Positions 29,400-39,039 of a stretch of DNA of 64,000 bases are shown here, piece by piece. Position 1 is the first letter of the stretch. The number at the start of each line of letters is the position of its first letter. The stretch is taken from positions 255,049 through 319,048 of the forward strand of contig CAWCJA010000010.1 in the NCBI GenBank assembly GCA_963795915.1, in the 5' to 3' direction. A program made the position numbers and the translations under genes. The DNA comes from an uncultured Actinomycetota bacterium (lineage in GTDB: Bacteria > Actinomycetota > Actinomycetes > Actinomycetales > Dermatophilaceae). The notes below the pieces were generated by a model, which was not told the origin of the DNA, did no database searches, and was given only the letters and a program-made list of their open reading frames with translations.

Positions 29400-30392
29400 C
29401 TATCCGACGGCCGGCGCCGCGGGCTCCAGGGCGGCGAGGGTCACCCGGTCGCCCGAGCGGCTGGCGCTCACGCGGCCGGGCAGGTGCAGCGGCCCCTGCC
29501 CGTGCCAGGAGGTCAGCAGGGCGTCGAGCGACTCGACGTGCGCGGCCGTCAGGCTGCCCGCTCCCGACCCGGCCTCGACGGCGAGCAGGCGCCAGATCCG
29601 GGTGCGCAGGGCCCTCGGCAGCTCGAGGAGCCGGGCGGCGGACCACGGCCCGGGGCCGAGCGCGGGGCGCAGCGCCCGGGCCTCGTCCTCGAGGTAGTCG
29701 GCGTCCTCGCGCAGCATCTCGGCGCTGCGGGCCAGGGCGGCGCTGATCCCCGGGCCCAGCTCGTCCTCGAGGGCGCGCAGGAAACCCCGGGCCCGCACCC
29801 GCGCGAAGGTCGGGTCCTCGTTGTGTGGGTCGCGCCACGGGTCGATGCCGTATGCCTCGCAGGCCGCCTCCGTCTCGGCCCGGGCCAGGGCGATGAACGG
29901 CCGCACGAACAGGCCGCGACGACGCGGCATACCGGAGAGGGAGCGGGAGCCCGACCCCCGGGCCAGACCCAGGAGCACCTGCTCGGCCTGGTCGTCACGG
30001 GTGTGGCCGATGAAGACGGCCGCGGCCCCGAGCCGCTCGGCGGTGTCCTCGAGGGCGGTGTAGCGGGCCGAGCGGGCCGCCCCCTCGGGTCCCGCCCCAC
30101 GGCGGGCGACCCGGACGGTCTGCACCTCGACCGGGTCGAGGCCGAGGGCGCGGCAGCGCTCGGCGGCGCGCTCGGCGACCGCGGTGGACCCCTCCTGCAG
30201 GGCGTGGTCGACGACGAGACCGGCGGCCTTGACCCCGGCCTTGGGCGCCTCGAACCCGACCGCCCCGGCGAGGGCGAGCGAGTCGGGGCCGCCGCTGCAG
30301 CCGACGAGCACGACGCTGCCCTCCGGAAGGAGGGCGAGCTCGGCCCGGACGGCGAGGCGGGTGGCGGCGACGGCGGAGGCCGGGCCGGTCAC
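29400..30392 (-). CDS. tilS: tRNA(Ile)-lysidine synthase
   Basis: CSGGPDSLAL, VDHALQ, GHTRDDQAEQVL, DPHNED; start estimated. Confidence 0.95.
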   Translation of the reverse strand: MTGPASAVAATRLAVRAELALLPEGSVVLVGCSGGPDSLALAGAVGFEAPKAGVKAAGLVVDHALQEGSTAVAERAAERCRALGLDPVEVQTVRVARRGAGPEGAARSARYTALEDTAERLGAAAVFIGHTRDDQAEQVLLGLARGSGSRSLSGMPRRRGLFVRPFIALARAETEAACEAYGIDPWRDPHNEDPTFARVRARGFLRALEDELGPGISAALARSAEMLREDADYLEDEARALRPALGPGPWSAARLLELPRALRTRIWRLLAVEAGSGAGSLTAAHVESLDALLTSWHGQGPLHLPGRVSASRSGDRVTLAALEPAAPAVG

Positions 30393-30402
30393 GGGCGCGC
30401 CC

Positions 30403-31506
30403 TCACGCGCCGTGGACGCGCCGGACCCAGGACGGCGGGTCGGCGATCTCGGCCGGGGTGGGCAGGGTCTCGGGCGAGGTCCAGACGGCGTTGAACGCGT
30501 CGAGTCCGGCCTGGTCGACGACCCGGCGCACGAAGCCGGCGCCGTCGGAGTACTGCCGCATCTTGGCCTCCAGGCCGAGCACGCGCCGCAGGATGAGGTC
30601 GACACCGGAGGCGCCCTGCCGGCGCTGGGTGAACATCGTGCGGATGTGGGCCACGGACGGGATGACCTGCGGCCCGACCTCGTCCATCATGACGTCGGCG
30701 TGGCCCTCGAGCAGGGACATGACGGCGGTGATCGACTCGACCTTGACCCGCTGCTCGGGGGTGAGGAGCACCTCGGCCAGGCCCTGGCTGCCCGGCTGGA
30801 AGGCCTGCGGCAGCTTCCGGGCGATCTCCTGCAGACGACCGGCGAGCTCGGCCGGGGTGGGCGCCACGTCGACCGCGAGGTCGCGGGTGCGCTCCACGAG
30901 GTGGTCGCGCAGCCACGGCACGGCCGTGAACTGCACGCGGTGGGTCTCCTCGTGCATGGCGACCCAGAGGCGGAAGTCGCTGGGGTCGACCTCGAGCTCG
31001 CGCTCGGTCTGCACGATGTTGGGCGCGACGAGCACGAGCCGCGGCGTCCCCTGCGGCGCGAGGTCGTACTGACCGAGGATCTTGCCCGCGAGGAAGGCCA
31101 TGACGGCACCGGTCTCGGCGCCCGTGACCTTGCCGCCGATGGCGGTGACGCTGGCCGACTGCGGCTTCGTGGCGGCGGCCGTCACCTTCTCGATGACCGG
31201 GGTGACGAGCGAGCGCATCGACTCGATGTTGACGTCCATCCAGCCCGGCCGGTCGACGATGAGCACGGCAGGGGCGCTGGGCGGGCTGGTGAGGCGGGAC
31301 GTCTCGGCGATCGGGCCCTCGGCCCGTTCCGCGGCGCGCCGCAGCTCGGCGACGATCTCGCGGGCCTCGGCGGCCGACACCTTGGGGCCGGGGTTCACCA
31401 GGCGGCGACCGGTCGCCTTGGCGAACTCCCAGTCGACGTACTGCGCCGACCGGTCGTCGGACCGGTCCTGAGGGTCGTCCTGGGGGACGTCGGCCAGCTC
31501 GCTCAT
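30403..31506 (-). CDS. Zinc-dependent metalloprotease, DUF2342 / F420-associated family
   Basis: VDWEFA, LGQYD, HEETHRVQF (HExxH), EGHADVMMD; conserved position between dacB and tilS. Confidence 0.88.
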   Translation of the reverse strand: MSELADVPQDDPQDRSDDRSAQYVDWEFAKATGRRLVNPGPKVSAAEAREIVAELRRAAERAEGPIAETSRLTSPPSAPAVLIVDRPGWMDVNIESMRSLVTPVIEKVTAAATKPQSASVTAIGGKVTGAETGAVMAFLAGKILGQYDLAPQGTPRLVLVAPNIVQTERELEVDPSDFRLWVAMHEETHRVQFTAVPWLRDHLVERTRDLAVDVAPTPAELAGRLQEIARKLPQAFQPGSQGLAEVLLTPEQRVKVESITAVMSLLEGHADVMMDEVGPQVIPSVAHIRTMFTQRRQGASGVDLILRRVLGLEAKMRQYSDGAGFVRRVVDQAGLDAFNAVWTSPETLPTPAEIADPPSWVRRVHGA

Positions 31507-31531
31507 CGCACTCGGTTCCTGTCCTCGTCAC

Positions 31532-32983
31532 TCACGTCCGGCACCCGCACGAGACGAGCACCGCTACGACCCGGTCCAACGCGGCCCGCGCGGCGGGCGT
31601 TCCCGCGCCCGCTCCGGCGCTGTTGGCGATGACGTCGACGACGAGCAGCCGACCATCGGCGGTGACCAGGGTGCCGGCGAGCGCGTTGACCCCGGTCAGC
31701 GTGCCCGTCTTGCCGCGGAACAGGCCGGCGGCCAGGCGGCTGTTCGCCTCGTCGAAGCGGTCGGTGAGCGTGCCCGTGAGGCCCCCGACGGCGAGCGCCC
31801 CGACGACCGCCCGCATGTCCGGCAGCCGGTCCCCCAGGCCGAGGCCGATGACGTCGGCGACGACCCGGGTCGGCACCTGGTTCTCCCGCGAGAGCCCGCT
31901 CGCGTCGGCAAGGCTCACCCCGGTGACGTCGACGCCGAGCCCGGCCAGGGTGTCGCGCACGAACCCGCCGGTGGGCGCGAACCCTGGCGCCACCCCCTTG
32001 AGGTATGCCGCCTGCCGGGTCAGCGCCTCGGTGAGGGCGTCGTCGGAGTCGACGAGGGCCAGCTCCAGCTGGTCGAGCACGGGGGCGGAGGACACGGTCG
32101 CAAGGACGGCGGCGCCCGCGGGGGCGGCGCCGGACGGGGCGAGGGTGGCCTTGACCCCGTTCGCCTGCAGCCCGGCGACGAAGGCGGCGGCGACCGCGGC
32201 GGTCGGGTCGGCCGGGCCGGGTTTGCCCGGCACGACCCGCTGGGAGCCGAGGCCGATGGCCGCGACGGCCCCGGTGATGCCGCTCGGGCGGAAGTCACGG
32301 CCCCAGGTGGCGGCGAGGAGGGGACCCGGCGCATACGAGAGGTCCAGGGAGACGGTGGCGGTGGTGAGGCCCTTGGCCTTGAGGGCCTGGGCCGTGCCCG
32401 TGACGAGGTCGCCGAGCCCGGCGCGGCCGACGACCGCCGTGGGGTCACCGGCGCCCGGGTTGAGCAGGGTGTCGCCGCCCGCGACGAGGACGACGGCGTC
32501 GGGGCCGGCCCCCTGCACGACCTTCGTCGTGAGGTCGGCTCCGGCGGGGAAGGTCGCGGCGACCGCAGCGGCTGACAGGAGCTTCAGGTTGGAGGCGGGG
32601 ATGAGGGGCGTGTCGGCGTCCCGGTCGAGCAGGTGGGCCCCCGTGGCCGCGTCACGCACCGTGACGCCGAGGCGACCGGCGAGCGCGGGGTCGGCCAGCA
32701 CCGGCTGCAGTGCCGCCTGCAGGCCCGCCGTGGTCGGCACCGGCTCCTGGGCCCCGGCCGTCGCCAGCGGGGGCCCGACCGTCTCGGTCGCCGGCTGCGG
32801 AACGCTCGTCGTCGCCGTGCCCGTGGCGCCCGCGCCGGGGGTGGGGTCGCCGGGGGGCGGGGGGGTCGGGTCGGGGGCGTGGGCCAGCGTGAGCACCCCG
32901 GGGACGACGTCGTAGACGTCCAGCGCGGCATACCCGACGACGAGCACCAGCAGGGTGGCGACGACCGCCAGGGCACGACGCAC
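31532..32983 (-). CDS. dacB: D-Ala-D-Ala carboxypeptidase/endopeptidase (PBP4, peptidase S13)
   Basis: PASNLK (SxxK), SDD, DASGLS, KTGTL; N-terminal anchor. Confidence 0.92.
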   Translation of the reverse strand: MRRALAVVATLLVLVVGYAALDVYDVVPGVLTLAHAPDPTPPPPGDPTPGAGATGTATTSVPQPATETVGPPLATAGAQEPVPTTAGLQAALQPVLADPALAGRLGVTVRDAATGAHLLDRDADTPLIPASNLKLLSAAAVAATFPAGADLTTKVVQGAGPDAVVLVAGGDTLLNPGAGDPTAVVGRAGLGDLVTGTAQALKAKGLTTATVSLDLSYAPGPLLAATWGRDFRPSGITGAVAAIGLGSQRVVPGKPGPADPTAAVAAAFVAGLQANGVKATLAPSGAAPAGAAVLATVSSAPVLDQLELALVDSDDALTEALTRQAAYLKGVAPGFAPTGGFVRDTLAGLGVDVTGVSLADASGLSRENQVPTRVVADVIGLGLGDRLPDMRAVVGALAVGGLTGTLTDRFDEANSRLAAGLFRGKTGTLTGVNALAGTLVTADGRLLVVDVIANSAGAGAGTPAARAALDRVVAVLVSCGCRT

Positions 32984-33106
32984 CGCGACCTCCTCCCGCC
33001 GCTCCTCCGGGCCCCCTCGTGGGGCCGTGATCTGACAAGATGCCAGACGGGGCCGTGACCGGCGGCACACCCGTCCGCTTCAGCGCCGATCCGTAGGAGA
33101 GTCTCC

Positions 33107-33622
33107 GTGGAGTTCTACGTGACCATCGAGATCCCCAAGGGTGCCCGCAACAAGTACGAGGTCGACCACGAGACGGGGCGGATCCGGCTCGACCGGCTGC
33201 TCTTCACCTCGATGAGCTATCCGGCCGACTACGGCTACGTGGAGGACAGCCTCGGCGAGGACGGCGACCCGCTCGACGCCCTCGTGCTGCTCGACGAGCC
33301 GACGTTCCCCGGCTGCCAGGTGCTGGCCCGCCCCATCGGCGTCTTCCACATGACCGACGAGGCCGGGGGCGACGACAAGCTGCTCTGTGTGCCCGCCAAC
33401 GACCCGCGCCAGGCCCACGTGCGCGAGCTCGAGCACATCAACGAGTTCGACCGGCTGGAGATCCAGCACTTCTTCGAGACCTACAAGGACCTCGAGCCCG
33501 GCAAGTCCGTCGAGGGCGCGTCGTGGGACGGTCGCGAGGGGGCCGAGCAGTGCGTGCACGAGGCGCTTGCCCGGGCCACCGAGCAGGGCGTGACGACGGC
33601 CCGCTGGCGCCTGCCGCACTGA
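33107..33622 (+). CDS. ppa: Inorganic pyrophosphatase
   Basis: NKYEVD, YPADYG, DGDPLD, DDKLL, HFFETYK; AGGAGA RBS. Confidence 0.97.
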   Translation: MEFYVTIEIPKGARNKYEVDHETGRIRLDRLLFTSMSYPADYGYVEDSLGEDGDPLDALVLLDEPTFPGCQVLARPIGVFHMTDEAGGDDKLLCVPANDPRQAHVRELEHINEFDRLEIQHFFETYKDLEPGKSVEGASWDGREGAEQCVHEALARATEQGVTTARWRLPH

Positions 33623-33680
33623 CCCGCCGCGGGGGTCGGTATGGCGTCGGGGTCGGTATGCCGGCTGGGACGGCTGCCGG

Positions 33681-33851
33681 CTATGACGGCTTGAGGAACC
33701 GGACGTAGAACGCCGCGAAGACGAGGACGATGCCGACGTTGGCCATGAGCCGCGGCCACGGCAGGTCCCAGAAGACCAGCAGGTCGACGCCGATGATGAC
33801 GGCGACCATCACGAGGCCGTACAGGACCAGTCCAGCCGTGGGACCACTCAC
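33681..33851 (-). CDS. Small two-helix membrane protein (56 aa, below the ORF-track cutoff)
   Basis: Manual translation MSGPTAGLVLYGLVMVAVIIGVDLLVFWDLPWPRLMANVGIVLVFAAFYVRFLKPS; GC3-rich codons; GAGG upstream. Confidence 0.75.
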   Translation of the reverse strand: MSGPTAGLVLYGLVMVAVIIGVDLLVFWDLPWPRLMANVGIVLVFAAFYVRFLKPS

Positions 33852-33891
33852 CGTCCCTCACCTCCGGCTCCGTCGCGCTACCCGGTGCCCC

Positions 33892-33921
33892 CGTGCTACC
33901 TCGTGCTACCTCGTGCTACCC
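33892..33921. repeat. 10-bp tandem repeat upstream of the 56-aa gene
   Basis: CGTGCTACC(T/C) three times, plus related GCGCTACC at about 33875. Confidence 0.75.
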
Positions 33922-33955
33922 CTGGAGAACGAGCCCGGCGCGGCCGGCGTGCCCG

Positions 33956-35494
33956 TCAGGACGGGCGGCCGCCGTAGGGGAGGAGGTCGCTCATCGAGTA
34001 GATCGACGCGTACTTCACGACGGTGCTCGGGTTCGGCGCGTGGATCATCTGGCCGTTGCCGATGTAGAGGCCCACGTGGTGGCTGGCGGGGCCGCTCGTG
34101 CCGTAGAAGACGAGGTCGCCGGGCTGCAGTTGGCTGATGGGCACGCGGGCGGTCTCGTTGTACTGGTCGCCCGTGTAGTGGTTGAGGCTCACGCCGACCT
34201 GGCGCCACGCCATCATCGTCAGGCCGGAGCAGTCCCAGACGTTCGGGCCGGCGCCGCCCCAGACGTAGGGCTTACCGATCTGGGCCTTCGCGAACGCGAT
34301 GACGGCGGCCACTCCGCCGGACGGCGCGGGGGCGTTGACGACGGGAGCCGACACGACCGGGGCCGGGGCCGACGGCGCGCGGGTGGTGACGGGCGCGGGG
34401 GCCTTGGCGGCGTTGGCCGCGGCGGCGGCTGCGGCCGCGGCCGCGGCCCGCTGGGCGGCGGCGGCGTCGGCCTGCCTCTGGGCCTGGGCGGCCGCGGCGG
34501 CCTGGGCGGCGGCGGCGGCATCGGCCTGCTTCTTGGCCAGGGCGTCGGCGGAGGCCTTGGCGGCGGCCGCCTCCTCGCGGGCGGTGCGGGCGGCCTCCTC
34601 GGCGGCCGCAGCCGCAGCGACGCGGGCGGCCTCCTCGGCGGCGGCCTTCTGCGCGGCGGCCTGGGCGGCGGCCTCGGCGGCGCGACGGTTGGCCTCCTCG
34701 CGGGCCCGCTCCTCCTCGGCGGCGATGCCCGCCTGCCGCTGCTGCTCGAGCTGCACGGAGGTGTTCTGCAGCGTGGCGAGCTGGGCGGTCATGTCCTGCT
34801 GCTGGGCCTGGAGCTGCACCGTCTGGGTCTCGGCGTCCTTGGCGGCCGTCATGGCCTTCTGCGCGGCGGCGGTGGCGGCCGCGGCGGCCGCGGCGCGGCG
34901 CGCCTCGGCCTCGGTGGACTGCTGGCGCAGGTTCTGAGCGAGGTACTTGGCCGAGTCGGCCTCCTGCACCATCCGGGCCCGCTCGGCGCCGACGGCGTCG
35001 ACGCCCGCGGCGCGGTCGAGGACCTCCTGCGGTCCCCCACCCCCGAAGAAGACGTTGAGCTGGCTGGTGTCGCCGCCGCCCTGGTAGACCTCAGCGGCAT
35101 AGCGCGACAGGACGAGCACGGCCTCGTCGGCCTTGCCCTGGGCCTCGTCGGCCTTGCCCTTCGCGTCGGTGCTGGCGGCGGTGGCGGCGTCGAGCGCGAC
35201 CTGCGCCCCGTTGGCGAGCTCGGCGGCGTCGCCGGCGGCCTGCTGCAGGTCGGCCATCCGGGACCGCGAGGAGGCGAGCCGGCGGTCGAGGTCGGCCACC
35301 GAGCCGGCGGCGGCCGAGGCCGCGGCCTGCGCGCCCTTGACCTGGTCGGCGGACGGGTAGACCGGGTTGGGGTCGGCGTGGGCCGTCCCGAGCGGGAAGG
35401 CCAGTCCCCCGACCAGCCCGACGCCGCACAGCATGGAGACCAGGGTCGGTCCGCGCCGCGCGCGACGGCGCGCGGCCAGAGGGGCGTGGGGCAC
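33956..35494 (-). CDS. Secreted NlpC/P60 (C40) peptidoglycan endopeptidase, RipA-like
   Basis: Signal peptide ending TAHA-D, long Ala/Gln coiled coil, C-terminal PYVWGG...DCSGL...HHVG...MIHA. Confidence 0.93.
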   Translation of the reverse strand: MPHAPLAARRRARRGPTLVSMLCGVGLVGGLAFPLGTAHADPNPVYPSADQVKGAQAAASAAAGSVADLDRRLASSRSRMADLQQAAGDAAELANGAQVALDAATAASTDAKGKADEAQGKADEAVLVLSRYAAEVYQGGGDTSQLNVFFGGGGPQEVLDRAAGVDAVGAERARMVQEADSAKYLAQNLRQQSTEAEARRAAAAAAATAAAQKAMTAAKDAETQTVQLQAQQQDMTAQLATLQNTSVQLEQQRQAGIAAEEERAREEANRRAAEAAAQAAAQKAAAEEAARVAAAAAAEEAARTAREEAAAAKASADALAKKQADAAAAAQAAAAAQAQRQADAAAAQRAAAAAAAAAAANAAKAPAPVTTRAPSAPAPVVSAPVVNAPAPSGGVAAVIAFAKAQIGKPYVWGGAGPNVWDCSGLTMMAWRQVGVSLNHYTGDQYNETARVPISQLQPGDLVFYGTSGPASHHVGLYIGNGQMIHAPNPSTVVKYASIYSMSDLLPYGGRPS

Positions 35495-35730
35495 GGGGGG
35501 ACCTCTCAAGCACGATCGGCGTGTCGCCTTGACTTCGGGGGGTCGCGGCGTCGCGCACGGGAGAACGGGCGTCGCCGACACTAGGACCCATTCGTCACAC
35601 AGGGAACACCTCCCCCACGAATCCCGTTGGAAACACGCGCGATTCGGGAATGACAGCCGTGTAGTGCGGTGAATGACACCCCTGTTTTTCCGCACGTCAC
35701 CGTCGTGATTCGTTCACCTGTGCGACCAAG

Positions 35731-35747
35731 GTCACGAGTAGGTCACA
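35731..35747. promoter_or_regulatory. Candidate MtrA/GlnR-type direct-repeat box upstream of the NlpC/P60 gene
   Basis: GTCAC-N6-GTCAC(A) with further GTCAC/TTCAC/GACAC half-sites nearby; MtrA is known to control ripA-type hydrolases. Confidence 0.5.
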
Positions 35748-35919
35748 AATGTCCAGTTCGTGACAGCCGGACGACGGTGGACGGCCGCTCGGCCCGCCCC
35801 ACCGACCTCATCAGCCCCAGGGGTATGCCGCATCCCTCCTGACGACCGGATGGCCACGCCCGCATGCACCGGCTCCGGGCACGACGGGACGCCCCCCGGG
35901 TGGTGCCGCCGGGGGAGGG

Positions 35920-37449
35920 TCAGGAGCGGCCGGAGATGGCGCCCGCGACGATCTTGACGATGTCGGGGTCGAACACGCTGGGCACGATGTAGTTGGGGTT
36001 CAGCTCGTCAGCGGTCACGACGGACGCGAGCGCGTCGGCGGCCCGGATGAGCATCTCCGTCGTGACCTGGCTGGCGCGCGCGTCGAGCAGGCCCCGGAAC
36101 ACCCCCGGGAAGGCCAGCACGTTGTTGATCTGGTTCGGGTAGTCCGATCGGCCCGACGCGACGACCGCGGCCCGCTTCGTGGCCTCGGCGATGTCGACCT
36201 CGGGGTCGGGGTTGGCGAGCGCGAAGACGATCGGGCGGGGGGCCATCTCGTCGATCCACTCGGGTCGCAGCACGTTGGGCGCGCTGACCCCGATGAAGAC
36301 GTCGGCGTCGCGCACCGCGTCGCGCAGGGTGCCGGTGACGCCGCGGGGGTTGGTGCGCTCCGCCAGCGCCAGCTTGGCCGGCGGCAGCGCGGTGTCCTTG
36401 GCGTTGAGGACGCCCTCCTTGTCCCAGACGACGACGTCATAGGCCCCGGCAGCCAGCAGCAGCTGCACGATGGCCGAGCCCGCCGCTCCGGCCCCGCTGA
36501 CGGCGATGCGCGCGCTCTGGATGGTCTTGTCGACGCAGCGCAGGGCGTTGCGCAGCGCGGCGAGGACGACGATCGCGGTGCCGTGCTGGTCGTCGTGGAA
36601 GACGGGGATGTCGAGCAGCTCGCGCAGCCGGGCCTCCACCTCGAAGCACCGGGGCGCCGCGATGTCCTCGAGGTTGATGCCGCCGAAGCCGGGGGCGATG
36701 AGCTGCACGGTGCGCACGATCTCGTCGACGTCCTGGGTGTCGAGGCAGATCGGCCACGCGTCGATGTTGGCGAACCGCTTGAACAGCGCGGCCTTGCCCT
36801 CCATGACCGGCAGGGCCGCCCCGGGTCCGATGTTGCCCAGCCCGAGCACGGCGCTGCCGTCGGTGACCACCGCGACCGCGTTGCCCTTGATCGTCAGGCG
36901 CGAGACGTCGGACGGGTTCTCGGCGATGGCCATGCTCACCCGGCCCACCCCGGGGGTGTAGGCCATCGACAGGTCGTCGCGGTTGCGCAGCGGCACCGTG
37001 GGCTCGACGCTGATCTTGCCGCCGATGTGGATGAGGAAGACCCGGTCGGAGACCTTGTGGACCGTCACGCCCTCGACGGCGCGGATGGCGTCGACGACCT
37101 CGATGGCGTGGTCGCCGTTGGACGCCGAGCAGGTGAGGTCGATGACGAGGCGGTCGTGGCGGGACTCGACGATGTCGAGGGCCGTGGTGATGCCGCCGGC
37201 GTCGGACACGGCGGTGGCCAGCTGGCCTACGACGGCCGGGTCCGTGCCCGAGTGGATGCGCACGGTGATGGAGTACGAGCCGGTCGTCGCGCGCGCCCGC
37301 TGGATCTGGCGGGAGCGGTTCTGCTGCTCGTCGCTGTGGCTCTCCAGCCCGCTGAAGTCCGGTGCGTCCGAGACGTCCGGCGTCTCCGGCGCCCCGCTCG
37401 CCCCGACCGTATCGCCGACCACGCCGTTGTCCGTCTGCATGGCGGTCAT
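35920..37449 (-). CDS. NAD(P)-dependent malic enzyme with N-terminal ACT domain
   Basis: DLSMAYTPGV, VMEGKA, INLEDI, FHDDQHGTA, SGAGAAG, NNVLAFPG; start uncertain. Confidence 0.93.
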   Translation of the reverse strand: MTAMQTDNGVVGDTVGASGAPETPDVSDAPDFSGLESHSDEQQNRSRQIQRARATTGSYSITVRIHSGTDPAVVGQLATAVSDAGGITTALDIVESRHDRLVIDLTCSASNGDHAIEVVDAIRAVEGVTVHKVSDRVFLIHIGGKISVEPTVPLRNRDDLSMAYTPGVGRVSMAIAENPSDVSRLTIKGNAVAVVTDGSAVLGLGNIGPGAALPVMEGKAALFKRFANIDAWPICLDTQDVDEIVRTVQLIAPGFGGINLEDIAAPRCFEVEARLRELLDIPVFHDDQHGTAIVVLAALRNALRCVDKTIQSARIAVSGAGAAGSAIVQLLLAAGAYDVVVWDKEGVLNAKDTALPPAKLALAERTNPRGVTGTLRDAVRDADVFIGVSAPNVLRPEWIDEMAPRPIVFALANPDPEVDIAEATKRAAVVASGRSDYPNQINNVLAFPGVFRGLLDARASQVTTEMLIRAADALASVVTADELNPNYIVPSVFDPDIVKIVAGAISGRS

Positions 37450-37610
37450 CCTTGCACCCGGCGGCCTTCCGGGTCGCCGAGCGCCGCTCACGACTGCGGG
37501 GCACCGCCGTCGTGCGCGTATCAGACCCCGCCGGGCACCGTCCTCTCGTGGCGACCCCCTTTCGCGCCGGTGACGACGCGCGAGCCCCGCCCGGCAGCCC
37601 AGGAGCCCTC

Positions 37611-38786
37611 ATGACGATCACCCAGCCCGCCGCGGTGACGGTCGGCGCCCCGGGGCCCGGCACCGACGCCCACCCGAGCCCCTTCGCCTCCCCCGGAGGG
37701 CTGCCGACGACACCGTTCCTCGAGCTCGAGGTCTCCGTCGCCGTCGAGCGCTACCGGGCGATGACCGCGGCCATGCCGGGCGTCGTCGTGCACTACGCCG
37801 TCAAGGCCAACCCGCACCCCGAGCTGCTGGCGGCCCTCGTCGCGGCCGGCTGCAACGCCGACGTCGCGAGCCCCAGCGAGGTGCGCGCCGCGCTGGCCGC
37901 GGGGGCCAGCCCCGACGACCTGCTCTACTCCAACCCGGTCAAGCGACGCGACCACCTGGTCGAGGCCGCCGCGCTCGGGGTGCGGCTGTTCGTCGTCGAC
38001 TCCGAGGCCGAGGTGTGCAAGGTCGCGGAAGCGGCGCCCGGCACCGCCGTCCTCTGCCGTCTGCTGACGAGCGGGGAGGGCTCGGACTGGCCGCTGTCGC
38101 GCAAGTACGGCTGCTCGGTCACGCAGGCCGTCGACCTCCTGAGGCTGGCGGCCGACCTCGGGCTCGACCCCGCCGGCGTCAGCTTCCACGTCGGCTCCCA
38201 GCAGCGTGACGCCGAGGCGTGGCGCTCCCCCATCGCCGCCTCGGCGCGGGTCTTCGCGGCCCTCCGGGGCGCCGGCCTGCGGCCCTGGCTGCTCGACCTC
38301 GGCGGTGGCTTCCCGGCCCGGCACGAGGGCGACGCCCCGGCACTGGAGACGTATGCCGCCGTCATCGAGGACCAGCTGGGGCGCTCCTTCGGCGCCGCCC
38401 GCCCCCGGGTCGTCGTGGAGCCCGGGCGCGGCATCGTCGGCGACGCCGGCGCCGTCGTGTCGAGCGTCGTGGCCGTCGTGCCGCGGGGGGGCGTGCGCTG
38501 GGTCTACCTCGACGCCGGGGTCTACACGGGCCTCGTGGAGACCCTCGACGAGGCCATCCGCTACCGCCTCGAGACGAGCGCCGACGGCGGCCCGACCGGC
38601 CCCTGCGTGCTCGCCGGGCCCACCTGCGACAGCGCGGACGTGCTCTACCAGGTCGAGCCGGTGTCCCTGCCCCTCGCGCTGGCGGAGGGGGACATCGTGC
38701 GGCTGGAGTCGGCCGGGGCGTACACGAGCTGCTACTCCACCGTGGGCTTCAACGGGTTCGACCCGCTGCCGACGGTCACCGGCTGA
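37611..38786 (+). CDS. Fold-type III PLP-dependent decarboxylase (Orn/Lys/DAP family)
   Basis: HYAVKAN, FHVGSQ, DLGGGF, EPGRG, GPTCDSAD, GAYT; AGGAG RBS. Confidence 0.92.
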   Translation: MTITQPAAVTVGAPGPGTDAHPSPFASPGGLPTTPFLELEVSVAVERYRAMTAAMPGVVVHYAVKANPHPELLAALVAAGCNADVASPSEVRAALAAGASPDDLLYSNPVKRRDHLVEAAALGVRLFVVDSEAEVCKVAEAAPGTAVLCRLLTSGEGSDWPLSRKYGCSVTQAVDLLRLAADLGLDPAGVSFHVGSQQRDAEAWRSPIAASARVFAALRGAGLRPWLLDLGGGFPARHEGDAPALETYAAVIEDQLGRSFGAARPRVVVEPGRGIVGDAGAVVSSVVAVVPRGGVRWVYLDAGVYTGLVETLDEAIRYRLETSADGGPTGPCVLAGPTCDSADVLYQVEPVSLPLALAEGDIVRLESAGAYTSCYSTVGFNGFDPLPTVTG

Positions 38787-38789
38787 GCG

Positions 38790-38930
38790 TCACGCGCAAC
38801 GCACGCCCAGCAGCTCGTCGACCTGCTCCTGGCGCATCCGACCGCAGCAGGCGGTCGCCGCGACGACGAGCTCACCCACGAGCTCGATCTCCTGGCGCAG
38901 GGCCTCGTCCGTGAGGTCGATATCGGTCAT
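38790..38930 (-). CDS. Small hypothetical protein (46 aa)
   Basis: Manual translation MTDIDLTDEALRQEIELVGELVVAATACCGRMRQEQVDELLGVRCA; GC3-rich; converges on the decarboxylase stop. Confidence 0.6.
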   Translation of the reverse strand: MTDIDLTDEALRQEIELVGELVVAATACCGRMRQEQVDELLGVRCA

Positions 38931-39039
38931 GACCCCACCGTAGGCGGCGGTTTTCGAAGATGGACATCCGGGGAACGAGAGTTGACGGTCCCTTGACCCA
39001 AGATGGTCCGTTCGGACTAGGCGCCCGCTCCCCCAGACC

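Noticed and set aside
35495-35920. c-di-AMP (ydaO) riboswitch upstream of the NlpC/P60 gene
   Set aside because: Expected at such genes, but the conserved GCTGAATCC / GGAAC / GGGG elements were not found on the minus strand.
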